From Acidobacteriaceae bacterium (GTDB taxonomy: Bacteria > Acidobacteriota > Terriglobia > Terriglobales > Acidobacteriaceae), in the NCBI GenBank assembly GCA_003165795.1, contig PMWW01000146.1, forward strand, positions 11,489-75,488: a DNA stretch of 64,000 bases. The letters are read 5' to 3'. Below are positions 17,301-26,113 of the stretch, in pieces (the stretch's first letter is position 1; every line of letters starts with the position of its first letter). Under the pieces are notes generated by a model. The model saw only the letters and a list, made by a program, of their open reading frames with translations, was not told the origin of the DNA and searched no databases. A program made the translations under genes and the position numbers.

Positions 17301-18096
17301 TTAAGTTTCGGGTGCGTCCGTAGATGCTGCCGTGGAAGTCGTTGGTGCCGCTCTTAGTGGCAATGTTGATTTGCGCTCCCGACGAGCGGCCCGTGTCGGC
17401 GTTGAAGCCGGCGGTGCTCACGCGGAACTCCTGCACCGAGTCGAGGGTGGAGCGCAGCACTCCGGTGAAAGCGTAGCCGCGCACCTGGTCATTGTTGTCC
17501 AAGCCGTCCAAGGTGGAGTTGTTTTGATCGGACCGGGCCCCGGCGGCGCTGCCGCTGCGGCTGTCGTGACTTTGATCGTTGTGCAGGCCGAGATACAAAA
17601 CTCCGGGCTGCAGGCTGAGCAGGTCCGGAATGTCGCCCTCGACCGGCAGCGCCAGAATGGTGGCGCTGTCAAAGGCATTGCCCATGGTGGCGTCGGTGGA
17701 GTTCAGAGAAGGCGCCTGGCCGCTGACACTGACAGTGGTGGCCGCGGCTTCCACCGGCAGGGAAAAATTGAGGGTCAACGGCTGATTGATCAGCAGCTCA
17801 ATCGACTGCGATTGCTTAGCAAATCCCGGGGCCTCGACCGCAATGGCGTACTTCCCGGGAGGAAGCTGCTGAAACTGATACGTTCCGTTGTTGCCGGCAA
17901 CGTGAGTTTCCGTAAAACCATTTTCGCTGTTGACCAATGAAACTCTTGCCGAGGCAATCACCGCTCCTGAGGGATCGGAAATCGTTCCTCGCAAAGATGT
18001 GCTTGGGCTTTGCGCTGCGGCGAATGGTGCGGACAACAAAACAAGGACGCCCAGGATGGATGTTAATGCGAAGCGGGGCCGTGCTGTCAAAACCAA
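14323..18096 (-). CDS. Large TonB-dependent receptor with N-terminal carboxypeptidase-regulatory-like (CarboxypepD_reg) domain
   Basis: 1257 aa. Signal peptide, then SLRGTISDPSGAVIASARVSLVN...GTYQFQQLPPGKYAI (CarboxypepD_reg), a plug-like segment, a long beta-barrel and a C-terminal ...LALRFSF. Starts 3 nt after the btuD stop. Confidence 0.8.
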   Translation of the reverse strand: MVLTARPRFALTSILGVLVLLSAPFAAAQSPSTSLRGTISDPSGAVIASARVSLVNSENGFTETHVAGNNGTYQFQQLPPGKYAIAVEAPGFAKQSQSIELLINQPLTLNFSLPVEAAATTVSVSGQAPSLNSTDATMGNAFDSATILALPVEGDIPDLLSLQPGVLYLGLHNDQSHDSRSGSAAGARSDQNNSTLDGLDNNDQVRGYAFTGVLRSTLDSVQEFRVSTAGFNADTGRSSGAQINIATKSGTNDFHGSIYGRTRNLITPANDWFNKQAELAQGLPNVPGTLDRNAYGASLGGPIKKNKLFFFTTYEGEKIDENQQMTMIVPTASLRAGEIKYPSTSNEATQIVTLNAAQIASMDPNCTGTGTCPWGPGADPYSLAAFKQYPLPNGYSAGDGLNTASYTWSAPDPASLNTYITRVDYALSNRNWLFIRGNLQRDSSLGVPQFPGQPASSNNSSDSKGLAVGLNSAISPTLMNSLRYSYIRQGYSSYGIGQGSYANFYGMSTIDAQTRTTIVDVPVQNLVDDLTWTHSRHTIQFGANYRLIHNQNQSNALSYNSAVTNSYALVDAGIVGVGGSFDPTVFGFPSVDNSFAGSYNFSMTNLAGLLDYVTSQSNYQVSANGKTGTLLPPGAMIDRDFKNNEFEYYAQDSWRISPNLTVNYGLRHTLLQTPYEVNGQQVQPTTDLYQWFETRGAQAALGNSVQPYISFAPSGQARGLQPYWPMQKANLAPHLSFAYSPNVGQGFWHKLFGNPGDSVLRAGYGKYYDHFGESIVNLFDQYGSYGLSDSITNPTNVLTPDTSPRYTGAHNIPDLTGTPEQVVSYPALSPTDPLTTGFAITHGIDSQMQTPYSHVVNVSWQRQLPDGFVLEAAYLGRFGRHQLQQIDLAQPLDLVDPKSGQDYFSAATQLSKDGYAGQTTVAPIPYFEDMFPDAATGGMSATQNIYNSIWKYNLGNETGALYALDILCYPGCGGQTGRFWPTQFASMYTWASIGDSNYNGGQLVLRHAMRHGMQMELSYTYSKSLDMGSDDERTVYSSSTGSTVGSSFSAILNAWNPGLSYGPSDYDIRHLITASWVVDLPFGKGKLLGSHSSAGWDRIIGGWQLSGVGRWTSGLPFSVISGAGWGTNWLEKSNMIETGAIQTGTYIGANGAPNVFSNPAEALASLQNPYPGEAGERNNFRGDGYFGIDARLAKNWKLSERWGMQFAWDVYNVTNSVRFDVNPLNSLQNLTTSGSFGVYGATLTTPRVQQLALRFSF

Positions 18097-18099
18097 TCC

Positions 18100-18885
18100 T
18101 TACCAGACTTGCGCCAATCCATCCGAGGGTGGTGAGACACAGTATTGAGCCAGGTCTGACTGGCTGACGCAAAATGTGCGTCCCAGCAGGTCGGGCCGCA
18201 TAACCTCCGCGGTTGGACCTGCGATCCACGCCGGCTCCGGGGTGAGCATGATGACGGAGGAGAAGTTCTCGGCCACCAGATGGAGGTCGTGGACGGCGGC
18301 GATGATGGTGATCCCACGCTTATTGAGCCGCCGCAGCAGGGCGATCAACTCGATCTGGCGGCCGACGTCGAGATGCTGAGTGGGCTCGTCGAGCAGCATA
18401 AGCTTGGATTGCTGGGCCAGGCCGATGGCGATTTTCACTCGCTGGCGCTCGCCGCCCGACAGCTGCGAGAAAGGCCGATCACGCAGTCCCACGATGTCCA
18501 CCGCTTCCATCGCGCTCTCGATGGCCTCACGGTCCCGCGTCGTGCCGGCTCCGAACAGCGGCAGATAAGGCACCCGGCCTTGGGCGACGATCTCTTCCAC
18601 GCGAAAGTTGAAGGGCAGCTCAAGTTCCTGCGGGACCAGAGCAATCGAGCGCGGAAGGTGTTGCCGCGACCAGTCCGCCAGTGGCTTGCCTTGCAGCAAG
18701 ACGTTGCCGCTGGCGGGCTGCAGCAATCGCGAGGCCAGCTTCAGCATGGTGGTCTTGCCCACGCCGTTGGGGCCCAGCAGGGCAACCATCTCTTGCGTCT
18801 CGATGGCGAAAGACAGGCGGTCCAGCAGAAGCCGCGAGCCGCGCGAGAACGAAACATTTTGGAATTCGAGAATGGTGGAGATCAT
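18100..18885 (-). CDS. btuD: ABC transporter ATP-binding protein, BtuD/FecE type
   Basis: 261 aa. Walker A GPNGVGKTT, signature LSGGERQRV, Walker B MLLDEPT. Adjacent to a FecCD permease. Confidence 0.8.
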   Translation of the reverse strand: MISTILEFQNVSFSRGSRLLLDRLSFAIETQEMVALLGPNGVGKTTMLKLASRLLQPASGNVLLQGKPLADWSRQHLPRSIALVPQELELPFNFRVEEIVAQGRVPYLPLFGAGTTRDREAIESAMEAVDIVGLRDRPFSQLSGGERQRVKIAIGLAQQSKLMLLDEPTQHLDVGRQIELIALLRRLNKRGITIIAAVHDLHLVAENFSSVIMLTPEPAWIAGPTAEVMRPDLLGRTFCVSQSDLAQYCVSPPSDGLAQVW

Positions 18886-20081
18886 TAACCAGACTCCTGC
18901 GAGCGATGGTGTAAGAGATAGAGAAACGCCGGACCGCCCAAGAACGCAGTAAACACACCTACCGGGATTTCCGTCGGCGCAAAGGCAGTGCGGGCCAGGG
19001 TGTCTGCCAGGATAAGAAAGGTTGCGCCGCCCAAGGCTGCAGCCGGCAACAGCCGAACATGATTAGGTCCGATCAGGATGCGGAGAAAATGCGGCACCAG
19101 CAGTCCCACGAATCCGATCAGGCCGCCCAGCGACACCGCCGCCGCCGTCAACAAAGATCCCAAAATCACCGTGGCCACGCGGACCCGGCCCACATGCACA
19201 CCCAGTTGCGAAGCATATTCCTCGCCCAACGCGAGCGTGTTCAACCGTCCCGCCACCGGCAGGGCGAAAACGATGGCGATGATGGTGAGCGGAGCGATCA
19301 GGCCCAGCTGACTCCAGGCGGGAATGCTGAGCTGGCCATGCAGCCAGGCGGCCAGCACTCGCAGGCCCGAGCTGGACGCTTCTTCGCGCAACTCGAAGAC
19401 GACGGTGGCCGAATTCAGCATGGTGCCGATGGCGAAACCTGCCAGCAGCAAAGTTTCCATGGCGAAGGCGCCGCTGGTGCGGGCCAGATACCACACCAGG
19501 ACCATGGTCAGCACCGAACCCACAAAGGCCAACACAGCCGTAGCGCTGAATCCGGCGAAGGAGAGCGTCGGAATCAGGAAGATTCCGATCGCTCCGCCGA
19601 GAGCGGCGCCGCCTGAGGTGCCCAGCACAAAAGGATCGGCCAGGGGGTTCCGAAACAGGCCCTGAAACAAAACGCCAGTCGCCGACAGGGCCGCTCCCAC
19701 CAGGGCCGCCGCCAGCACCCGGGGAAGACGCAAGGCAAAAATGATCTCGCCCGCTTCACCCGCCTGGGACGGGTGCAGAAAAGCGTGCAGCACTTCGTTG
19801 ACCGGCAGGCGGACAGCTCCCAAGCTGGTCGCGAGAACAATGGAGAGTAACAGCGCAACCAGCAAGATGAGGTTGACCGTATTGGTGCGAGCTCGGCTTC
19901 CCCGTTTCGACTGACTCCCCAACCTTGCCTCCGGCAGCCCTTGGCTGCTCTCCTGACTGGCTTCTGTTTGCGGTAGGGCCGCTTGCCCAGCCCATCTGTC
20001 CGGCCCATGCGGTGACTTCGGCCCGCGCTTCCCGCCTAGGTCACGATATGTCTGCAGCCCGGTCAAGATATGTGTCCTCAA
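18885..20081 (-). CDS. btuC: FecCD/BtuC-family ABC permease (corrinoid/siderophore type)
   Basis: Multi-TM FecCD-like sequence (...RLPRVLAALVGAALS..GVLFQGLFRNPLADPFVLG...). The track start is a TTG and adds about 65 non-membrane residues, so the true start is probably near 19900. Confidence 0.75.
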   Translation of the reverse strand: MRTHILTGLQTYRDLGGKRGPKSPHGPDRWAGQAALPQTEASQESSQGLPEARLGSQSKRGSRARTNTVNLILLVALLLSIVLATSLGAVRLPVNEVLHAFLHPSQAGEAGEIIFALRLPRVLAAALVGAALSATGVLFQGLFRNPLADPFVLGTSGGAALGGAIGIFLIPTLSFAGFSATAVLAFVGSVLTMVLVWYLARTSGAFAMETLLLAGFAIGTMLNSATVVFELREEASSSGLRVLAAWLHGQLSIPAWSQLGLIAPLTIIAIVFALPVAGRLNTLALGEEYASQLGVHVGRVRVATVILGSLLTAAAVSLGGLIGFVGLLVPHFLRILIGPNHVRLLPAAALGGATFLILADTLARTAFAPTEIPVGVFTAFLGGPAFLYLLHHRSQESG

Positions 20082-20740
20082 TCACTCATCTGCCGTCGTC
20101 CGTCACATGACATGGCGATGGCGAAGTGGTTTTCAGTCGGCAGACTCCACTGCCCTGCTTCGCGCCAGACCTCCCAGCACGAGGTGTAGTCGCATTTGGA
20201 AAAGTCAGCCGGGCTGGGGCTGAGCTGAGCCAGATCTCCCAGAGATGTCCGTATAACGCCGGCGTGGGTTACCACCACCGCACAGCCCTCTTGCACCTGG
20301 TCGGCAATCGCGTCCATCGCGTTCTGGATGCGCTTGCGGAAGTCTTCAAAATGTTCGCCTCCGGGAGCTGGGATGGAAGGATAAAGATCCAGCCAGCGTT
20401 GCGCGTATACGGGGTCCCGCGCCATGACTTGGTCCCAATCCAGTCCCTCCCAGCTCCCGAAGGCAAGCTCGCGGAGAGAAACGAGCCACTTTGGCTGCAG
20501 GCCGCAGCGTTGCGCGATCGGCTCCGCCGTCTGCCGCGTGCGTTGCAGATCGCTGCAAAAAATGTGGGTCAATGGAACAGATCTGAGCCGCTGGCTCAGA
20601 TCGGCCAGCTGCGCCAGTCCCTGTGGGCTGAGCGGAGGATCGCTGTGGCCACAGAAACTTCCGGCCAGATCGGTATGCGCGTGGCGCACCAGGATCAGGG
20701 TGCTGCGTGCTGCCGGAACTGGCGTGTTGATGCGGCTCAT
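20078..20740 (-). CDS. cobC: Alpha-ribazole phosphatase (histidine phosphatase family, CobC)
   Basis: The internal ATG (MSRINTP...) gives 220 aa with LILVRHAHTD and ...VVVTHAGVIR motifs. The ATG overlaps the cobS stop. The longer track ORF (to 21127) is a reading-frame extension through cobS. Confidence 0.75.
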   Translation of the reverse strand: MSRINTPVPAARSTLILVRHAHTDLAGSFCGHSDPPLSPQGLAQLADLSQRLRSVPLTHIFCSDLQRTRQTAEPIAQRCGLQPKWLVSLRELAFGSWEGLDWDQVMARDPVYAQRWLDLYPSIPAPGGEHFEDFRKRIQNAMDAIADQVQEGCAVVVTHAGVIRTSLGDLAQLSPSPADFSKCDYTSCWEVWREAGQWSLPTENHFAIAMSCDGRRQMSD

Positions 20741-21474
20741 GCCCACACCCCGCAGACGTAAACCGCGATTTCGGCCAACTGGTTGGTGGCGCCAAAACAA
20801 TCTCCCGTGATGCCGCCAATCTGCGAGCGGTAGTACAAGCCGCTGAGCAGCGTGATCAGGCTGACTACCGCGATTGGAACCAGAGCTTGCATGCGCAGCG
20901 CCCAGCCCACAATGAGAAATGCCAGCAGCGTACCGATGGCGGCCGACGATAGCGGAACCTTGTGGGCCAGCTTGGCTCCCAGGCCGTCGCTGCGCGCCGA
21001 GATCATGAAAGCGCCCATGGGCAACGTGGTCCAGCGGCACAGCACATGGGCGGTCAGCAGGTAGAACGGAAATCGCGCCACCGGCATGGCAGACAGCAGC
21101 GCCCAACGCGCCAGCAACGACAGACAAATGGCCAGCGTGCCGAAGCTACCGATGCGGCTGTCGTGCATGATCTCTAACATGCGCGGCTTGGTCCATCCCC
21201 CGCCCAGAGCGTCGGCCGTATCGGCGAGTCCATCTTCGTGAAAGCCGCCGGTGACGGTGACAAGATAGATGAGCACCGCCAAGGCAATCACGGCCGCGGG
21301 CAAGTGCGAGCGCAAACCGCGCTCGATGCCGATCCCTCCCAGTGCGACCACGGCTCCTATCAGCGGAAAAAACTTGGCTCCGCCCAACACCATGTCGGGC
21401 TCAAAGCGGAAGGCGGGCAGAGGAATGCGGGTCATGAACTGCACCGCCGCCGCCAGCTGCCGTAAGGTCTTCAC
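20737..21474 (-). CDS. cobS: Adenosylcobinamide-GDP ribazoletransferase (cobalamin synthase)
   Basis: 245 aa polytopic membrane protein. N-terminus AVQFMTRIPLP, then ...GLADTADALGGGW... Confidence 0.85.
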   Translation of the reverse strand: MKTLRQLAAAVQFMTRIPLPAFRFEPDMVLGGAKFFPLIGAVVALGGIGIERGLRSHLPAAVIALAVLIYLVTVTGGFHEDGLADTADALGGGWTKPRMLEIMHDSRIGSFGTLAICLSLLARWALLSAMPVARFPFYLLTAHVLCRWTTLPMGAFMISARSDGLGAKLAHKVPLSSAAIGTLLAFLIVGWALRMQALVPIAVVSLITLLSGLYYRSQIGGITGDCFGATNQLAEIAVYVCGVWA

Positions 21475-22577
21475 GCTTCGCTCGCCTCGCTGATGCCAGC
21501 CGAGCTGAAGGTCGCCATTTCGTTGTAAATCCGCACCGCCGACTCGATCAGCGGGAAGGTCAACACCGCGCCAGTGCCTTCGCCCAGCCGCATATCAAGC
21601 TGCACCAGAGGCCGCAGTTGCATGTGATCGAGCAGGGCACCGTGCCCCGGCTCCTGCGAGAGGTGGGCCGCGAAGATGGCATGCCGGGCGTTAGGTGCAA
21701 TGGCACAAGCAACCGCCGCGCCGGCGGTGCAGATGAAGCCGTCGATGACGATCGCGATACGCCGCGCCGCCGCGCCCAGAATCATGCCGGCGATGGCCGC
21801 GATTTCCAAACCGCCGACGCACGCCAGCACATCGAGCGCATCCGGTTTCGTGGTGGGGAAATCTCCGAAGTGAAAGCGCAATGCTTTATCGATGATCTGC
21901 GACTTCAGCAAGCGGCGCTGATCGTCTACCCCAGTACCCCGGCCGGTCAACTCGGCTACCGGCCTGCCGGTGAGAGCGGCGGTGATGGCGGTGGCTGCGC
22001 TGGTGTTGCCGATGCCCATCTCGCCCAAGGCGATCAGGGTGCGGCCTTGGGCGCTGGCGTCGGCGGCGAGATCGATGCCCACTTGCAGCGCGGCGTTGAG
22101 TTCAGCTTCCGACATCGCCGCTTCGCGGGCGAAGTTGCGGGTCCCGCGGCGCACCTTGCGATGCAGCAGGCCGGGGACGCCGTCGAAGTCAGCATCTACT
22201 CCCACATCGACTACCACAACGTCAGACTGCGTCTGCCGCGCCAGAACGTTAATCGCGGCTCCGCCATTCAGGAAGTTTCGCACCATCTGCTGCGTCACTT
22301 CGCGCGGATAAGCGCTGACGCCCTCGTCGGTGATGCCATGATCGGCGGCAAAGACGTAGACCGCCTTATGCGCAATCCGCGGAGGTTCTTCTTCCCGCCA
22401 GGCCACGTACTGCGCGGCCACTTCTTCCAGCTGACCCAGGCTGCCCAACGGCTTGGTCAGACAGTCCAGGTGTTGCTGCGCTTTTTTTCTGCGCTCGTGG
22501 TCAATCCCGCGAATGCAGGACACCACACTCTGCACCGCTGGGTTCAGCTTGATAACAGTTCTTAGTTCAGCTTCCAT
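21471..22577 (-). CDS. cobT: Nicotinate-nucleotide:dimethylbenzimidazole phosphoribosyltransferase
   Basis: 368 aa. LTKPLGSLGQLEE, GEMGIGNTSAATAI, LRLGEGTGA motifs. Confidence 0.85.
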   Translation of the reverse strand: MEAELRTVIKLNPAVQSVVSCIRGIDHERRKKAQQHLDCLTKPLGSLGQLEEVAAQYVAWREEEPPRIAHKAVYVFAADHGITDEGVSAYPREVTQQMVRNFLNGGAAINVLARQTQSDVVVVDVGVDADFDGVPGLLHRKVRRGTRNFAREAAMSEAELNAALQVGIDLAADASAQGRTLIALGEMGIGNTSAATAITAALTGRPVAELTGRGTGVDDQRRLLKSQIIDKALRFHFGDFPTTKPDALDVLACVGGLEIAAIAGMILGAAARRIAIVIDGFICTAGAAVACAIAPNARHAIFAAHLSQEPGHGALLDHMQLRPLVQLDMRLGEGTGAVLTFPLIESAVRIYNEMATFSSAGISEASEA

Positions 22578-25042
22578 GACTCGCCTCCGAAGGTCAGCTT
22601 AATGCCGGCCCTGATGGTGAACGGCAGGGACGGATATCCGTACACTTCCTGATAGTGCTGGTTCAAAATATTGGACAGCGAGGTATAGGCGCTGAGGAAT
22701 TTCTTGATCTGGTAGCTGCCGTACAAATCGACTTTCTGATAGCTCGAGTCGAGATTGCGGTTAGGCAGCAGCAAGGTGTTGCCGAAGTCAGTGTCCAGCA
22801 AGAAGGTGCTGTCGTCGCGGCGGGAAACGAAGGTCCCCATGGCCGAAACGAACAAGCGGCGATAGGTCCAATCCACCCCGGCAAATCCGGTGTTAGGTGC
22901 GATGCGGAACGGCCTGGCTCCTACCAGCGGGGAGTAGGCCCCGATCGGGATGTTGGGGAACAACGGATTGATGGCCGGGGCCAGGGCACTGCTGGCGAAT
23001 GACTGCTGTACCACTGCGTCGGTATAAGTCCAGCCGCTGCGCACCATGAGCTTAGGGCCCACCTGATATTGGAAGGCCACTTCGGCGCCTTGGGCGCGAT
23101 AGTCCAGGGTATTTACCGCCGCCCCAAAGACGCCTTCCGCCATGGCCACGGCCTCGGGCACTCCCAACTGCACCAGGTATTGCGAGTCGACGAATTCGGC
23201 TTGATTGGTAAATTCGTTATGGAAGTAGGTGACCGAGAGCCGCGCCTTGCCGTCAAACAATTGCTGCTGCACTCCGCCATCATAGGTACGCGAGTTCTCC
23301 GACAGAAAAGGATGAATGTGATACTGCGCGATCAATTGCGGACCGTTGGGGACCACCGCGGTGTTTTCCAACAGGCCATACAGCGAGTTGTTCTGGTAGT
23401 AGATGCTGGGCTCTTTAATACCCTTGGCGAAGTTGAAGGTAACCCGGGTCCCGGTGAAGACGCCGCTGCTGCCGGGGCGCACCAGGTAATAGGCCAGCGA
23501 GGCGCGCGGGGTGCCGGCGACGCCGAATACCGCGTTGTTCTCGATTCCTCCACCTAGCGTGTAAAACAGCCGGTTCCATAGCCCGCCCTGGATCTCCATC
23601 AGATAGCTGAAATTGTTGCGGTCGGTAGATTCGATTCCCACGAACGGGTTGTAGGTGAAACCGGTTTCGTTGGTATAACGAAAGCCAAACAGCGCAGTCA
23701 ACTTTTCATTCACCCGGTAGTCGGTTTGCGCATAGACGGTATTGGTGTTGGTCAAGTACGACGACAGCTGCGGGTAGACTCCGGCATATTGAAAGATGGC
23801 CTGGCCCGGGTAGGGCAAACCGGGGTCAACCTGCGCCACCGCTGCTGGGGTAATAACATACCCATTGGCACCTTGCTGGGTGACCGGAGCTCCCAGATAA
23901 ACGCCCGCCAGCGGGTAAGGAATTCCGGTAGGCGCCCAGTCGTTGAATTGGGAACGCAGCCGCAGTCCGCCATAGCTGAACAGGTTGTGCCAGCGCGAAG
24001 TGGCATGATTGTCCAGAGTGACGCCAAAAAGCAGGTTTTGCTGGTCGTTGGCCGCATCGTCGGGAATGCCATACGCGGCAATCTCGTTGGCGGCATTGTA
24101 GCCGGCTACGACTCGTTCCGCCGTCGCCCGCAAGCTGGTGTTCGGGGTTATCTGAAACCCCAGGTTGGCCATATAAGCGTCCCGGTGAAACTGGCTGTCG
24201 GGAGCGCTGTTCTGCGTGCCGTATCCCGAATAATCGGAGAAATAGTCCAGTCGTTTCCAATAGCCGCCAACGCTGCCATTCTCGTGATAGGTGCCAAATG
24301 TCCCGCCATCGGAGGCAAAGGTGAACAGCGGCAAGGGAGTGTCGCCATGTTGCATGGTGATGCTGACTACACTGGCCAGAGCGTCGGAGCCATACAGCGC
24401 GCTGTTAGGTCCGCGCTGGAATTCCACCCGGTCAAAACCGTCGGCCTGCAGATAAGAAAAATCCACCAGGCCGCCAACGTCGTTGACGGGAATACCGTCG
24501 ACCAACACTTTGTTGGCATCGTTGGGGCCGCCGCGGACATTGAGCGCAGTCAGGGCCCCCATCTGTCCGGTCTGCGATGTCTGCCCACCCACCTGATCGC
24601 GCAGCGACCCTTGCAGATCGATCCGCGTACTTAGGTCAGTGCTGGTAATGACGCTGATCGACGTCCCCGTCTGCGCCTCCGGCGTCTCCAGTCCGGTAGC
24701 CGTGACCACAATATTTTGCGCGACGACGGAGGGCGAAAGGATGAGGGTGACGTCCACCCCGTGCCCTGGCTCGGCAAACGTCTCCTGGCTGGTAGAGGGA
24801 GCGAAGGTCTTGGCCTCTGCCCGCACTGCGTAGCGGCCGGCTTGCTCAATCTTGAATCGGAACTTGCCGGTGGAGTCCGTGGTGGCGGTGTGAATGTCTT
24901 GGCCGCCCTGGGTCAAGACTACGGTTGCTCCGGTGATGACGGCGCCTAACGAATCGGTGACGGTGCCGGAGATGCCCGGCTCAGCCGACCAGGCTGGAAC
25001 TGAAATTGCCAGCAGCAGAAGAGCAGTAAGAATGCGTTGCAT
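22562..25042 (-). CDS. btuB: TonB-dependent outer-membrane receptor, BtuB-like by context (CarboxypepD_reg N-terminal domain)
   Basis: 826 aa. Signal peptide, CarboxypepD_reg segment, plug (...NVRGGPNDANKVLVDGIPVND...), barrel, C-terminal aromatic end. Directly preceded by a cobalamin riboswitch. Confidence 0.7.
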   Translation of the reverse strand: MQRILTALLLLAISVPAWSAEPGISGTVTDSLGAVITGATVVLTQGGQDIHTATTDSTGKFRFKIEQAGRYAVRAEAKTFAPSTSQETFAEPGHGVDVTLILSPSVVAQNIVVTATGLETPEAQTGTSISVITSTDLSTRIDLQGSLRDQVGGQTSQTGQMGALTALNVRGGPNDANKVLVDGIPVNDVGGLVDFSYLQADGFDRVEFQRGPNSALYGSDALASVVSITMQHGDTPLPLFTFASDGGTFGTYHENGSVGGYWKRLDYFSDYSGYGTQNSAPDSQFHRDAYMANLGFQITPNTSLRATAERVVAGYNAANEIAAYGIPDDAANDQQNLLFGVTLDNHATSRWHNLFSYGGLRLRSQFNDWAPTGIPYPLAGVYLGAPVTQQGANGYVITPAAVAQVDPGLPYPGQAIFQYAGVYPQLSSYLTNTNTVYAQTDYRVNEKLTALFGFRYTNETGFTYNPFVGIESTDRNNFSYLMEIQGGLWNRLFYTLGGGIENNAVFGVAGTPRASLAYYLVRPGSSGVFTGTRVTFNFAKGIKEPSIYYQNNSLYGLLENTAVVPNGPQLIAQYHIHPFLSENSRTYDGGVQQQLFDGKARLSVTYFHNEFTNQAEFVDSQYLVQLGVPEAVAMAEGVFGAAVNTLDYRAQGAEVAFQYQVGPKLMVRSGWTYTDAVVQQSFASSALAPAINPLFPNIPIGAYSPLVGARPFRIAPNTGFAGVDWTYRRLFVSAMGTFVSRRDDSTFLLDTDFGNTLLLPNRNLDSSYQKVDLYGSYQIKKFLSAYTSLSNILNQHYQEVYGYPSLPFTIRAGIKLTFGGESWKLN

Positions 25043-25225
25043 AACTTCCCCCTCGGAAGTTCGTTAGGTTTTTCACCGGGCCGGTCTCCTGACTCAGGAC
25101 CCAACCTGTCACCTTCCCGCTGGGCGCAGTGGTTGTCGACAGTTGGTGCTTCGTCCTTTACAGTTGCGGGGCAGTGGCGGATTCTTACCGCGCTTCCCAT
25201 ACACCCTGTGAATTCAGTGGTTGTC
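25043..25225 (-). promoter_or_regulatory. Cobalamin riboswitch 1 with an RBS-sequestering helix, upstream of the btuB-like receptor
   Basis: The minus strand reads ...GGGAAGCGCGGTAAGAATCCGCCACTGCCCCGCAACTGTAAAGG...CCACTGCGCCCAGCGGGAAGGTGAC...AGTCAGGAGACCGGCC (B12 box). It is followed by AACTTCC-GAGGG-GGAAGTT abutting the ATG (25043-25061). Confidence 0.85.
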
Positions 25226-25237
25226 TTCCATGCCATC

Positions 25238-26113
25238 TCACCGAGATTGCACGGCATGTATTTGCCGGGCCAAATCCTCCAATCCATCGAACGCTACCGG
25301 GGCGGCGATCTGGATACGGTCGTCGGCGACAATCACTCGGCCGCGGCGCACCGCCTCCAGCGAACTCCAGCCCGCCCGTTGTTGCAGGTCCTTTAAGGTG
25401 ACGGGACCGGTATGCATGAACATGATGTAATCCGGCTTTCTGGGCAGAATGGATTCGATGTTCATGTGCAGCCAGTCTTGCGCCAGATCGTCGGTCACCG
25501 ATTTCCCCCCGGCCGCCGAGATCATTTCGGTGATGAAGGCATTGCGCCCCGCAGTAATCAGCGGGTCAATCGACAGGACCAACAGCACCGTCGGTTTGTC
25601 CTTGCTGGTGGACTGGGCGCGGACCTTGCTTTCTCGCATCCGCAGGCTGGCGATCAACGCAGTGGCTTCGCGTTCCCGCCCCATGATCCGGCCCACCAGC
25701 TCGACCGTGTGATAAATATTGGAAAGATTGCCGGTATTGAACAGAAAAACCGGAATGCCGAGCCGCTGCAGGGCTTCAATGGTTTCCGCGCCGTTGAAAT
25801 CGGGCAGCGCCAGCACCATGTCGGGATGCAAGGCCACGATCTTTTCCAGCGAAGGCCCCACCACGGCCCCCACGCTGGGCTTCTCGCGGGCCGCCTCATG
25901 GGGATAGACGGTGTAATTGGTGATGCCAACCAGATCGGATTGGGCCCCCAGCGCATAAACCGTATTGGTGAGGCTGGGCGAAAGACTGACCACGCGATGG
26001 ACTTGATCGGGCACGGCCACCGACCGCCCGGCATCGTCGCGCTCTAAGTGGGACGCCCAGGCGCACGAGGTCAGCGCCAGCAAAATGGGGATGCACCGCC
26101 AGAGCTTTCTCAT
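25238..26113 (-). CDS. btuF: Periplasmic corrinoid/siderophore-binding protein (BtuF-like, ABC substrate-binding)
   Basis: 291 aa. Signal/lipoprotein-like N-terminus, then RVVSLSPSLTNTVYALGAQSDLVGITNY..., typical of the class III PBP (Peripla_BP_2). Confidence 0.75.
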   Translation of the reverse strand: MRKLWRCIPILLALTSCAWASHLERDDAGRSVAVPDQVHRVVSLSPSLTNTVYALGAQSDLVGITNYTVYPHEAAREKPSVGAVVGPSLEKIVALHPDMVLALPDFNGAETIEALQRLGIPVFLFNTGNLSNIYHTVELVGRIMGREREATALIASLRMRESKVRAQSTSKDKPTVLLVLSIDPLITAGRNAFITEMISAAGGKSVTDDLAQDWLHMNIESILPRKPDYIMFMHTGPVTLKDLQQRAGWSSLEAVRRGRVIVADDRIQIAAPVAFDGLEDLARQIHAVQSR

